Assembly (NCBI GenBank): GCA_002841765.1
Contig: PHAV01000004.1
Coordinates: forward strand, 59,075-123,074
Direction of reading: 5' to 3'
Source of the DNA: Deltaproteobacteria bacterium HGW-Deltaproteobacteria-4
GTDB lineage: Bacteria > Desulfobacterota > Desulfuromonadia > Desulfuromonadales > UBA2197
Length of the DNA: 64,000 bases
In this document: positions 26,488-35,907 of the stretch, one piece after another
Layout of the letters: each line of letters starts with the position of its first letter
Numbering within the stretch: the stretch's first letter is position 1
Program-made: the position numbers and the translations under genes
Notes under the pieces: generated by a model
Seen by the model: the letters and a program-made list of their open reading frames with translations, nothing else
What the model was told of the DNA's origin: nothing
Database searches by the model: none

Positions 26488-27063
26488 ATGCAAGAATATT
26501 TCATCATTATTATCAGCGCCGTCCTGGTTAATAATATCGTCCTGTCGCAGTTTCTCGGGATCTGCCCCTTTCTCGGCGTCTCGAAAAAACTCAGCGCCTC
26601 GCTGGGGATGGGGGGAGCGGTCTCCTTTGTCCTCATCATCGCCAGCCTTATCACCTGGGCGCTCCAGACTTACCTTTTGACTCCGCTCAACATCACTTAT
26701 CTGCAGACGATCGCCTTTATTCTGGTCATCGCTTCGCTGGTGCAGTTTGTCGAGATGGTGATTAAAAAATTCAGCCCGCCGATGTACAAGGCCCTGGGGA
26801 TCTTTCTGCCGCTGATCACCACCAACTGTGCGGTCCTCGGTGTGGCGATTATCAACATTCAGAATGAATACTCCCTCGGCAAGGTTATGGTGCACAGCCT
26901 CAGTCATGCCGCCGGCTTTACCCTCGCTCTCCTCCTCATGTCGGGGATTCGCGAGCGGCTGGAAGATGCTGATATCCCCGAGAGTATGCGGGGAACCCCG
27001 ATCGCCCTTATCGTCGCGGCATTAATGTCCATCTCGTTCCTCGGTTTTTCCGGTTTGACCTAG
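26488..27063 (+). CDS. rnfA: Rnf complex subunit A
   Basis: VNNIVLSQFLGICPFLGVSKK motif typical of RnfA/NqrE. Confidence 0.92.
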   Translation: MQEYFIIIISAVLVNNIVLSQFLGICPFLGVSKKLSASLGMGGAVSFVLIIASLITWALQTYLLTPLNITYLQTIAFILVIASLVQFVEMVIKKFSPPMYKALGIFLPLITTNCAVLGVAIINIQNEYSLGKVMVHSLSHAAGFTLALLLMSGIRERLEDADIPESMRGTPIALIVAALMSISFLGFSGLT

Positions 27064-27076
27064 TGGAGGCGTATTG

Positions 27077-27958
27077 ATGCTAGTTGCAATTTTAAGTCTC
27101 GGGGCCATTGGTGCCGTCTTTGGAATCATTCTCGGCTTTGCCGGCAAGAAGTTTGCCGTCGCCGTCGATCCCCGTGTTGAAGCCCTGCTGCAAATCATGC
27201 CCGGCGCCAATTGCGGCGCCTGCGGGCTGCCGGGTTGCGCAGCCTTTGCCGAGGCAATCGTCGCCGGAAGCGTCAAACCGACTGATTGTGCTCCAGGCGG
27301 AGCGACTCTGTACGAACAGATTGCCGCGATCATGGGGACGGAAGTCTCGGCCTATGAAGAGCGCAAAGTCGCGCAACTCCTGTGTCAGGGGGGCTACGGT
27401 CGGACCCGGATGCTTTATCGCTACGAAGGGATCAAGGATTGTCGTGCCGCCCTCGCCAACTTCAAAGGGCCGAAAGCCTGCGACTTCGGTTGTGTCATGC
27501 AGGGTTCCTGTTTCAAGGTCTGCCCCTTTGGCGCTATCGAGATGGGGGCTGACGGTCTGCCGGTCATCGATTACTACCGCTGCACCGCCTGCAACAAATG
27601 CGTCGTCGAATGTCCGCAGCAGATCCTGAAGCTGATCGGCGTGTCGCATCTGGTCACGGTCCGCTGCGTCAATACCGAAAAGGGCAAAGAGGCCAAGGCC
27701 AACTGTTCCGTCGCCTGCATCAAGTGTAAAATCTGTGAAAAGAACTGCCCGGAAGATGCCGTGCATGTCGTGGCCGTCGGGGAAGGGAGCGTCGCTGTCA
27801 TCGATGTCGAGAAATGCACCAACTGCGGCATCTGTGCCGCCAAATGTCCGACCAAGTCGATTGACATGATTTCACCCCTGTCGGAACATGTTGTTCTTGA
27901 AATCGGCACGACTCCGGACGCCGGTTGTCAGGCCTGCGGCGTCTGCAAGACGGAATGA
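27077..27958 (+). CDS. rnfB: Rnf complex subunit B (polyferredoxin form)
   Basis: N-terminal TM helix, the CGACGLPGCAAFAEA Fe-S motif, and several CxxCxxCxxxCP ferredoxin motifs. Confidence 0.9.
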   Translation: MLVAILSLGAIGAVFGIILGFAGKKFAVAVDPRVEALLQIMPGANCGACGLPGCAAFAEAIVAGSVKPTDCAPGGATLYEQIAAIMGTEVSAYEERKVAQLLCQGGYGRTRMLYRYEGIKDCRAALANFKGPKACDFGCVMQGSCFKVCPFGAIEMGADGLPVIDYYRCTACNKCVVECPQQILKLIGVSHLVTVRCVNTEKGKEAKANCSVACIKCKICEKNCPEDAVHVVAVGEGSVAVIDVEKCTNCGICAAKCPTKSIDMISPLSEHVVLEIGTTPDAGCQACGVCKTE

Positions 27959-29019
27959 CCAGGCGCAGCAATCTCTTGCTGATACTTTGTCTCGGCTTGC
28001 TGGTCGTCGGGGTGAGCGTGTTCCTGTCGGAACACCGGATAAAGGAATACCGCAGCGAGCAGTTTCTCATGGATACGCTGGTCAGTATCAAGGTCTACGG
28101 TGACGATGTCGCGACCTTGCCGGTGGCGGTTACCGCGGCTTATGGCGAGATGCATCGTATTGCTGCTCTTGTCGATCGCTTTCCGTTGCCAGGGACGGAG
28201 GACTGTCGCCGCAGCGATGTCTGTCGCATCAATGAAATGGCCGGAATTAGTCCGGTGCGCGTTGATGCTGACACTCTGGCGATGCTGCTGCTGGCGAAAA
28301 AATATCACAATCTGAGTGCCGGCGCCTTTGACGTGACGATCGGACCGGTGATGGACCTTTGGGACTTTGCCGGGGAAAATCCCAAAATTCCCGCATCTTC
28401 GATCATTGTCGAGACACTGCCGCTGGTCGATATCGAGAATTTAGTGGTCAATGATGTCGAATCGACGGTCTATCTGCGCAACGTCGGAATGAAACTCGAT
28501 CTCGGTGCTCTGGCTAAAGGTTATGCGACTGAAAAGGCGCTGCAGGCTCTTGCCAAACAGGGGATCAAGAAAGCCCTGATCGATGCCGGCGGGAATATTC
28601 GCGTCCTTGGCAGCAATGCCAGCAATGCTCCCTGGCGCATCGGTATCAAGGATCCTCGCAAAGCCGGCGGCCTGATTGCTATTGTCGCCCTTGAGGATGC
28701 TGCGGCCGTGACTTCGGGCGATTATTACCGTTATTTTGAGGTGGCCGGCCAACGTTACCATCACATCCTTGATCCACGCAGCGGTTATCCCGCCAGTGAA
28801 AATATGAGTGTGACGGTGGTGAGCCAGGACGCCGGTCTTGCCGATCTCCTGTCGACAACCTTTTTCGTCATGAAGGGGGAGGAGGCATTGGCTCTGGCGG
28901 AAAAACTCGGCGTCAACCTGGTTTTGGTGAACGTTGACGGGCGCATTTTTCATACCCCCGGCCTTGCTGCTCACCTCGAAGTTCTGCCCGGAGGGGCGTA
29001 TCGCTATGACCCGCGCTGA
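27955..29019 (+). CDS. apbE: FAD:protein FMN transferase (ApbE family)
   Basis: ATGA overlap with rnfB, a signal anchor, and ApbE motifs FDVTIGP, DLGALAKGYA, SGDYYRYFE...YHHILDPRSG. Confidence 0.9.
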   Translation: MTRRSNLLLILCLGLLVVGVSVFLSEHRIKEYRSEQFLMDTLVSIKVYGDDVATLPVAVTAAYGEMHRIAALVDRFPLPGTEDCRRSDVCRINEMAGISPVRVDADTLAMLLLAKKYHNLSAGAFDVTIGPVMDLWDFAGENPKIPASSIIVETLPLVDIENLVVNDVESTVYLRNVGMKLDLGALAKGYATEKALQALAKQGIKKALIDAGGNIRVLGSNASNAPWRIGIKDPRKAGGLIAIVALEDAAAVTSGDYYRYFEVAGQRYHHILDPRSGYPASENMSVTVVSQDAGLADLLSTTFFVMKGEEALALAEKLGVNLVLVNVDGRIFHTPGLAAHLEVLPGGAYRYDPR

Positions 29020-29389
29020 TAAGCTACTGATCGCCGCGATCCTGTTTTGTGCACTATTAGGACTGCTGACGATCTATCGACACTTCTTTACTTCTTCAGA
29101 CCAGCTTTTACCAGCGCAGGCGACGATCACGGTTGAAGGGAAAGTTCTCCGGACTATCGACCTTGACCCCGCCAGCGGTAAAGAGATGATGCAAATTGTC
29201 GGACGTCTAGGCCCGGCAACAGTGGAGGTCGCTGAGGGCAGGATTCGCATGCTCGAAGCGAACTGTCCCGAACAGATCTGTGTCAAGCAGAGCTGGATTC
29301 AGTCGCCGGGTGCGACGATAGTCTGTCTCCCCGGCGAAATCATCATTCATATCGACGGTCCCGCCCCGGTGGATGCCGTCACCCGCTAA
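29006..29389 (+). CDS. NusG domain II-containing membrane-anchored protein (DUF1312-like)
   Basis: TM anchor followed by ...ATVEVAEGRIRMLEANCPEQICVKQSWIQSPGATIVCLPGEIIIHIDG, which is typical of the family. Confidence 0.7.
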   Translation: MTRADKLLIAAILFCALLGLLTIYRHFFTSSDQLLPAQATITVEGKVLRTIDLDPASGKEMMQIVGRLGPATVEVAEGRIRMLEANCPEQICVKQSWIQSPGATIVCLPGEIIIHIDGPAPVDAVTR

Positions 29390-29407
29390 CCGGAGGCGAG
29401 CCCACCC

Positions 29408-29935
29408 ATGTTCAGTACCCGCCGCCTCGTCTACCTTGCTTTATTACTCGCCATGGCCACCACCCTGCATGTCCTTGAAGGGCTGTTCCCTATTCCTTTA
29501 CCCTTCCCCGGGGTTAAACTTGGTTTAGCGAACATTGTGACTTTGCTGGTCCTGTATCTTTATGATCTGCGCGCCGCCATGACCGTGGCGATCGCCCGGG
29601 TCTTTCTCGGGTCATTGCTGGGGGGAACCTTCTTTGCGCCCGCCTTCTTCCTGGGTCTGACCGGGGCTCTGATCAGCACGCTGGTAATGGCTCTACTGGT
29701 TAAAAAGACCACCTTTTTCAGCCCCCTCGGAATCAGTCTGTCCGGTGCCGTCAGCCATAATCTCGGGCAGTTGCTGATGGCGTCCTTCCTTCTGCAGAAT
29801 CAGGCGATCTTTTTCTATCTCCCCATTCTTCTTCTCGGCGCTATACCGACCGGTCTGATGACCGGCTATCTTTTGCAGGGATTACTTGAACGGCTGGAGG
29901 CGACAGGAATTTTAGCGGAATTGACCAAAAATTGA
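29408..29935 (+). CDS. Gx-transporter family membrane protein (annotated historically as heptaprenyl diphosphate synthase component I; ECF S-component-like fold)
   Basis: ~175-aa 5-6 TM protein with GVKLGLANIVTLLVLY...SGAVSHNLGQL motifs. Confidence 0.7.
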   Translation: MFSTRRLVYLALLLAMATTLHVLEGLFPIPLPFPGVKLGLANIVTLLVLYLYDLRAAMTVAIARVFLGSLLGGTFFAPAFFLGLTGALISTLVMALLVKKTTFFSPLGISLSGAVSHNLGQLLMASFLLQNQAIFFYLPILLLGAIPTGLMTGYLLQGLLERLEATGILAELTKN

Positions 29936-30007
29936 AGCGAACTGCAGATTGCACCATCCCGGAAAATAGTGTATTGAAAGCGGATATTAATCTCCTGTGA
30001 TTGCCGG

Positions 30008-30742
30008 ATGACGACTATGACCTTTACGCCGATCAGGCCGAAAAAAATTTCCGCACAGATTGCCGAGCAGATCCGAAACTCGATCATGTCCGGTGAATTT
30101 GTCCCCGGTGACCGCCTCCCTCCAGAGCGGGAACTCGCAGAGATGTTTGGCGTTTCCCGTCCATCTGTCCGGGAGGCCCTGAATATTCTCGGCGCGTCAG
30201 GACTGGTCGAAGCACTGCAAGGGGGCGGGACGACGGTTCTGTCTCTCATGGAACAGGGGAGCGGAAATGCCCTGAGTGATATGATTCGTATCGAGCAGGA
30301 GCGGGCCCTGGACGTCATCGAGGTGCGCAAATGTATGGAGAGCTGGACTGCCTACTTTGCTGCGCAGCGCGCTTTGCCGGAAGATTTACGGCGCATGGAG
30401 GAGATTGTCGACGGCATGCGACAAAATCTGGAGACATTACAGCCCTCAGAAGATCTTGATGCCAACTTTCACATTGTTATTGCCCGAGCGACTCATAACG
30501 TCGTCTGGCTCCATCTTATGCAGAATATTTTTGACGCGATGAAAGAGTTTCAGCGGGGGGTGTGGCGGGCGGTTTATCTGACCGAAGACGATCAAAAGCA
30601 GCTGTTCAATCATCATCACAGTGTCTTTCAGGCTATAAGAAGTGGCGATGCCGAGCGTGCCAGGGTTTTGATGCTTGAACATCTCGGCTTTGCCGAGGAG
30701 CGAAGCAACCTCTATCTGAAGAAGATCAGAGAAGGCCTCTGA
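30008..30742 (+). CDS. GntR/FadR-family transcriptional regulator (wHTH + FCD domain)
   Basis: GDRLPPERELAEMFGVSRPSVREALNIL wHTH and a C-terminal FCD-type helical domain with His residues (DANFHIVIARATHN..., NHHHSVFQAI). Confidence 0.85.
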   Translation: MTTMTFTPIRPKKISAQIAEQIRNSIMSGEFVPGDRLPPERELAEMFGVSRPSVREALNILGASGLVEALQGGGTTVLSLMEQGSGNALSDMIRIEQERALDVIEVRKCMESWTAYFAAQRALPEDLRRMEEIVDGMRQNLETLQPSEDLDANFHIVIARATHNVVWLHLMQNIFDAMKEFQRGVWRAVYLTEDDQKQLFNHHHSVFQAIRSGDAERARVLMLEHLGFAEERSNLYLKKIREGL

Positions 30743-30837
30743 TATATGGTTATCTGTATATTCTCAATGATTGCTTGCACTTCTCTTTTTTTTTGTTAAG
30801 ATAAAGGTGTATTTAATCTCTTGCAGGAGGTGATGTC

Positions 30838-31134
30838 ATGACCGATATTTGGAAAGAACGCGAAAGAGCTCTGGAGAATGAGTACATCTACAAAAGAGAA
30901 AAGTTACTCATCGAGAAGATGAAGCAGATGGAAGAGAAAGAGAAGCTGGCTATCTGTCGTAATCACTGCCCGAAATGCAGCGAAAAATTAGTACCGATGG
31001 ATTTTCGCGGTGTTCCGCTTGATCAGTGCCCCGGCTGCAAGGGAATCTGGCTGGGGCCCAAAGATCTGGCGATCCTTGCAGAAAAAGATCACCGCAACTG
31101 GTTCGATAAATGGTTCAAGGGTGAATTTGAATAG
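30838..31134 (+). CDS. TFIIB-type zinc-ribbon domain protein
   Basis: CPKCSEKLVPMDFRGVPLDQCPGCKGIWLGPKDL. Confidence 0.7.
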   Translation: MTDIWKERERALENEYIYKREKLLIEKMKQMEEKEKLAICRNHCPKCSEKLVPMDFRGVPLDQCPGCKGIWLGPKDLAILAEKDHRNWFDKWFKGEFE

Positions 31135-31175
31135 TCCGTCAGTCAATATTTTTTGTATACGACCAGGAGAATTTT

Positions 31176-32132
31176 ATGTCTGCAGCCCCGGGCAAGACCA
31201 AGTTTCAAGTTGATCTGCGTTGTTATCTGCGTGATTCCAATGTTGATCGTGACTTGACCCGACTGATCTGCGAAATTGCCGATGCCTCGAAATATATCAT
31301 CAACTCCATTCGCACCGGCGATCTCGGGGTCGCAGGAACGTCCAACCTTTACGGCGAAGAGCAGTTGGCCCTCGATGTCCTCTCTGATCGCATCCTGCGC
31401 AAGCGCTTGATCCATTCTGGTGTGGTTTCGACCATTGTCTCCGAGGAGACCAACGAAATCATCAGCGTTGATCATTCCAATAATCAAAATGGTTGCCGCC
31501 GCTTCTCAGTGGCTTATGATCCCCTCGACGGTTCGTCCCTCGTCGATGTTAATCTGGCTGTCGGTACGATCGTCGCAATTTACGACGGGGAGAATATCCT
31601 GCAAGCCGGCCGCCATCAGGTCGCCGCCATGTATATTCTTTACGGGCCGAGGACGACCCTGGTCCTTTCGACAGGCAACGGCGTCCAGGAATTTGCCATG
31701 AACGCACTGATGGAATATACCCTGGTCAATGAAAATATCCGCTTGGCCCAGTGCGGCTCAATCTACTCTCCCGGCGGCCAGCGCAACAAGTATACGGCCG
31801 GGACTGAAAAGTTTGTCCGCCAACTCGAAGAGAAAGGAGCCAAGCTCCGTTATAGCGGCGGCTTTGTTCCGGATATCAATCAGATCCTGATCAAGGGGAA
31901 GGGGATCTTCCTTTATCCGCATCTGCAGGGGGCACCGCAAGGGAAGCTCCGTCTCCTTTATGAATTGTATCCGATGGCTTTTCTGGTTGAACAGGCCGGT
32001 GGCGCGGCCTCGACCGGCAAGGAAAGGATTCTCGATATCATTCCGGCGCAAATTGATGATCGCGCTCCGGTCTTCATCGGCTGCAAAGAGGACGTTGCTC
32101 TGGCGGAAGCTTATATCGCCGAACATGGTTAA
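31176..32132 (+). CDS. fbp: Fructose-1,6-bisphosphatase class 1
   Basis: EEQLALDVLSD, YDPLDGSS metal site, LRYSGGFVPDINQIL...GIFLYP. Confidence 0.9.
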   Translation: MSAAPGKTKFQVDLRCYLRDSNVDRDLTRLICEIADASKYIINSIRTGDLGVAGTSNLYGEEQLALDVLSDRILRKRLIHSGVVSTIVSEETNEIISVDHSNNQNGCRRFSVAYDPLDGSSLVDVNLAVGTIVAIYDGENILQAGRHQVAAMYILYGPRTTLVLSTGNGVQEFAMNALMEYTLVNENIRLAQCGSIYSPGGQRNKYTAGTEKFVRQLEEKGAKLRYSGGFVPDINQILIKGKGIFLYPHLQGAPQGKLRLLYELYPMAFLVEQAGGAASTGKERILDIIPAQIDDRAPVFIGCKEDVALAEAYIAEHG

Positions 32133-32139
32133 TCAATTA

Positions 32140-32176
32140 AAAGGTCAGGCATCGTTATCCGCCTGACCTTTTTTAT
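32140..32176 (+). terminator. Rho-independent terminator after fbp
   Basis: AAAGGTCAGGC-N10-GCCTGACCTTTTTT. Confidence 0.8.
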
Positions 32177-32209
32177 AAACTTAAAAATAACCATATTGGT
32201 AATAATTTC

Positions 32210-32237
32210 TTGACAACGTTTTTTTCATGTGTAGACT
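32210..32237 (+). promoter_or_regulatory. Candidate sigma70 promoter of the peroxiredoxin gene (TTGACA-N16-TAGACT)
   Basis: Perfect -35 at 32210-32215 and a weak -10 at 32232-32237, ~50 nt upstream of the ATG. Confidence 0.35.
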
Positions 32238-32289
32238 GCGAACATTGCTGAGACCACATCTTAAACATCCAATCAAAGGAGTCAAAACA

Positions 32290-32892
32290 ATGGGAGTTCT
32301 TGTCGGGAAAAAAGCCCCGGAATTTAAAACATCTGCGGTCATGGCCGATGGCACGATCAACGACAACTTCAGCCTCTCCGATTACGCCGGTCAGTATGTT
32401 GTCCTTTTCTTTTATCCCCTCGATTTTACCTTTGTCTGCCCGACCGAGTTGATTGCTTTTTCCAAACGCATCGACGAATTCACGTCACGCGGGGTGCAGG
32501 TGATCGGTTGTTCTATCGATTCGCAGTTCACCCACGTTGCCTGGCGCAATACGCCGATCGATGATGGCGGCATCGGTCCGGTGGCTTATCCCCTGGTTGC
32601 CGACGTCAAACACGAAGTTTGCAAAGCCTATGATGTCGAATTCGAGCAGGCCGGGGTTGCCTACCGCGGCTCCTTCCTCATCGATACCAAAGGCGTCGTT
32701 CGGCATCAGGTCGTCAACGATCTCCCCCTCGGCCGTAATGTCGATGAGATGCTGCGCATGGTCGATGCCCTGCAATTTACTGAAAAGTACGGCGAAGTTT
32801 GCCCGGCCGGCTGGAATAAAGGCGAGAAGGGGATGGTTCCTGACAAAGCTGGCGTAGCCTCCTATCTGGCGGCTGAGTCTGGGAAACTGTAA
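32290..32892 (+). CDS. ahpC: 2-Cys peroxiredoxin (AhpC/Prx1 type)
   Basis: LFFYPLDFTFVCPTE peroxidatic Cys motif and resolving Cys in GEVCPAGW. AAGGAG precedes ATG 32290. Confidence 0.9.
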   Translation: MGVLVGKKAPEFKTSAVMADGTINDNFSLSDYAGQYVVLFFYPLDFTFVCPTELIAFSKRIDEFTSRGVQVIGCSIDSQFTHVAWRNTPIDDGGIGPVAYPLVADVKHEVCKAYDVEFEQAGVAYRGSFLIDTKGVVRHQVVNDLPLGRNVDEMLRMVDALQFTEKYGEVCPAGWNKGEKGMVPDKAGVASYLAAESGKL

Positions 32893-32910
32893 TTTTTACA
32901 TACCATCTCT

Positions 32911-32963
32911 GACGTCCATAAAAAAGAGCAGCCTCTTATCGGGGCTGCTCTTTTTATGGACGT
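32911..32963. terminator. Bidirectional intrinsic terminator shared by ahpC (+) and the DUF11 operon (-)
   Basis: GACGTCCATAAAAAAGAGCAGCC-N8-GGCTGCTCTTTTTATGGACGTC, an extended palindrome with A/T runs on both sides. Confidence 0.85.
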
Positions 32964-32971
32964 CTTTCTGA

Positions 32972-35809
32972 CTACTTAATCCTGACTCTGAATTTGACGT
33001 TAAAGGCCGGGTGATTCGTGCCATCTGATCCGTTGAAGGTTCCGCTTAAGGGAATCTTGATATCGGTAACAGACGGGTCGCACTGGTTACTGTCCGGCGC
33101 GGTATTGCTCTTGAGGTAGATATCTGCACCGTTATTTCCGGAGAAGGCAAGGTTGTCCGTTGTGCTGGCCAGACTGGTAAAGGTGTAACTGAGGCCGCTC
33201 GGAATGGGACCATCGGTAAAGAGGACCGGTCCGGAACCGGCCCCATTGATATCACCGACAAAAAGTTCGGTGTTGGCCGGAATCGGGTCGGTAATGACGG
33301 TGCTGTTGTTGTCAACGGCTCCGGGGCCGGTATTGCTGACCGAAATAGTGTATGTCATAAAAGCGCCGGGAATCGCTTTGGGCAAGCTTGTACCGTTGAT
33401 CGGGTCGGAAAAGGTCTGCGCTGATTTAATCACCAGGAGACTCGGTAACGGACTGATCACGGAGGCGCTTTTTATGCCGTAATCGCTGACCGTCCCTTCC
33501 GTCCCCTCGAAAGCATGAACCAGTGCGGTCCAGTTGCCAGAAGTGTTGAGCGTATAGGGGCCATATTCGAAGGTTTTAGTTGCCGGGGTGGTCAGGGCGC
33601 TGAGTTCTGTCATCGGTCTGGCTGTGACCGCGACCGTGCCGTCAGGTTTGGTGAGCGTGAGGGTTGGTAGTGTAGTCGGCTGACTGGCGTTGATGTCATA
33701 ACTGCCGAAGGGATCGCTGATTGTGCTGCGGATGTAGACAATTTTCCCTGGAGCGGCAGAGGTGACAACGCTCCCGGCCGGGTAGGCAGCGTCGTAGTAG
33801 GTAATGGAGTCGACATTGATGACGGTGCTGGCCGGGAGTTCGACCCGCGATCTCCCCCAGGTGGGGTTGGTGATGTAAACGCGCATACTATCAGTCACTG
33901 CGGCGGCAGTGTTGGTGACAGTTAACTCCCACCGGTTGCCTGCGGCACAGGTGACTGGTGTTGTCCAGGGTGGTGTCGGCGTTGACAAATCGAATCGTAC
34001 CATATCCTGATTGATGGTTAAATTGATCGTCTTGGTGTTGGTAAGGGTCGTCCCTCCCGAGGAACATTGCAGATCAACCTTGACGGTGCGGTTGCCGGGG
34101 TTGCTGTTGTACCGCAGGAGCAGATAGACCGGAACTGTGCTGTTGACCTTCGGATCGATAGTGATAGCCGCGGCGGCACCCGGATCCATCGTCCAGCGCT
34201 GCAAACCAGAGAGGGCGATTGTTGCATAGGATGTTGAGCTGTTGGGGGTGCGTGAGAGTTTATGCGCCGGTGTTGAAGTGCTATCGTACAGATAGAGCAG
34301 CTTGTTGCCGCTCCCTGTGACCGTCGCCGCCTGAACGGTGAGTGTCGGCGCTGCTGGTGTCCCCCCGAGGCCGCCGGGATTAGTGACGGTGGCGCTGTTG
34401 GCGATCGGTGTCCCTGCCGGGGTGGCGGCGGCAACGGTGACTTCGAAGACGATGGTTACGCTCCCTGACGCCGGCACAGTAATGCCGGTGAGATTAAGGT
34501 AGCCGGTGCCATTGGTCCCGCCGCCGGTTGTCGAGCTATTGCCGGCTCCGGCGGGGATACTTATAACCGTAAAGTTGTTGACATTGGCGGGGATATTGTC
34601 AGTAACAGAGACGCCGGTGGCAGTGTACCCCGAGTTCTCCTTGAGAGTGATGGTATAGCGCAGGACATCGCCGGGTTGAAGATCATCACCGTTCTTGTCA
34701 AGGACCCCCTTGGTCGAAGTCGAGAGGTCGGGAAAGTTTGCACCGATAATAGTATTGGTGTCACTGGCGCTGGTGCTTTTGTCGGTGACGGAGACAGAGG
34801 CGGTATTGGTGACGGTTCTCGTTCCTGAAGGGGCGGGACTGGCGGCCAGGGTCGCGTTAATGGCGAAAGTCACGCTGCTGTTAACCGGCATGGCAGGAAT
34901 GGTGATTCCGGCCCCCTGCATCGCGGCCACGGTCGTGGCCGGACAGGTCGTCCCGATCGCGCTGCATGAGACGGTGCTGACGGTGAGGTTAGGGGCAACC
35001 GGGTCGGTGAAGACGACATTGCTCAGAGCTGCACCGGTGGTGTTGGTAATTACGACTGTGTAGGTGGTGGCGGCGCCAGGGCTAAGCGCCGTCTTACCGT
35101 CGCTTTTACTGATGGAGGGGAGGACTACGACGTTGATCGAACCGTATTCGACATTAGTGGCGAGCAAGGTGTTCGGCGAGTTGCATTTAGAAGTCGTCCC
35201 GGGGAGGGCATCGGCAATCGAAGTGCAATTGGCTCTTTTTTGATGATCCCAGCTGACGACAAAGGGAATAAAGAGTTTGCCATTACTCAGGTCGACGGCT
35301 TGGCAAAGGACCGGGACATCGTAGAGTCGCACGATGCCCGAGCCTGTGCCGCCGTTAATAGTAGGATTGCCGTCGCCGCAGGTATCGGTGCTGCCGTACT
35401 GTTCGATATCGGTAAAGGGGCTAATAGTTGGCAGGATGCCGACAGTGCAGCTATCAGCGCCGCCACTGGCAGGGAGGAGCTTCGGCGTCTTGCCGTCCCG
35501 GGAAAGGAAGATGCCGACATCATAACGATCAGGCTGGGCAAAATTAACCGTAATATCGAGGTTGGCGGTGAAGGAGCTACCACCGACACAAGCGGTGGGG
35601 GTTCCCGGCGCAACAGAGATGCCGGTAATAGACACATCAGCGGCCGTGCACCCCAGATTTGAGTTGTAGCGCGCCGCCACACATTCGTTGTCGCCGTAGG
35701 CCATTACTGCCGACGCCAAGGTAAGTATGAAGGCACATGTTAAAGCGACAGCGATCAGTGCAGAGCGCAAGAGTTGTCGCCGGTGTAGACCATTATTTGC
35801 AAAGATCAT
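32972..35809 (-). CDS. Secreted 945-aa DUF11-repeat protein (protein J), paralog of the 1389-aa protein but lacking the lectin-like head
   Basis: Signal peptide with an RR motif (NNGLHRRQLLRSALIAVALTCAFILTLASAVMA). DUF11-type repeats (e.g. LQPGDVLRYTITLKENSGYTATGVSVTDNIPANV). The C-terminal ~230 aa are near-identical to protein E and end in FNVKFRVRIK. Confidence 0.85.
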   Translation of the reverse strand: MIFANNGLHRRQLLRSALIAVALTCAFILTLASAVMAYGDNECVAARYNSNLGCTAADVSITGISVAPGTPTACVGGSSFTANLDITVNFAQPDRYDVGIFLSRDGKTPKLLPASGGADSCTVGILPTISPFTDIEQYGSTDTCGDGNPTINGGTGSGIVRLYDVPVLCQAVDLSNGKLFIPFVVSWDHQKRANCTSIADALPGTTSKCNSPNTLLATNVEYGSINVVVLPSISKSDGKTALSPGAATTYTVVITNTTGAALSNVVFTDPVAPNLTVSTVSCSAIGTTCPATTVAAMQGAGITIPAMPVNSSVTFAINATLAASPAPSGTRTVTNTASVSVTDKSTSASDTNTIIGANFPDLSTSTKGVLDKNGDDLQPGDVLRYTITLKENSGYTATGVSVTDNIPANVNNFTVISIPAGAGNSSTTGGGTNGTGYLNLTGITVPASGSVTIVFEVTVAAATPAGTPIANSATVTNPGGLGGTPAAPTLTVQAATVTGSGNKLLYLYDSTSTPAHKLSRTPNSSTSYATIALSGLQRWTMDPGAAAAITIDPKVNSTVPVYLLLRYNSNPGNRTVKVDLQCSSGGTTLTNTKTINLTINQDMVRFDLSTPTPPWTTPVTCAAGNRWELTVTNTAAAVTDSMRVYITNPTWGRSRVELPASTVINVDSITYYDAAYPAGSVVTSAAPGKIVYIRSTISDPFGSYDINASQPTTLPTLTLTKPDGTVAVTARPMTELSALTTPATKTFEYGPYTLNTSGNWTALVHAFEGTEGTVSDYGIKSASVISPLPSLLVIKSAQTFSDPINGTSLPKAIPGAFMTYTISVSNTGPGAVDNNSTVITDPIPANTELFVGDINGAGSGPVLFTDGPIPSGLSYTFTSLASTTDNLAFSGNNGADIYLKSNTAPDSNQCDPSVTDIKIPLSGTFNGSDGTNHPAFNVKFRVRIK

Positions 35810-35907
35810 GATTTTCCAGACAATTGGTCAGGACAATAATTCATCGAGTATAAGATGGTGGCTGATGATAAGCCGCTGTCGTTGCACCGGCATAAGGAAT
35901 GTAACTT

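Noticed and set aside
32187-32207. ACCA-TAT-TGGT lies near the peroxiredoxin promoter and could be a PerR- or OxyR-type operator.
   Set aside because: It has only 4-bp arms and does not match Fur/PerR (TTATAAT-N-ATTATAA-like) or OxyR patterns. The evidence is insufficient.
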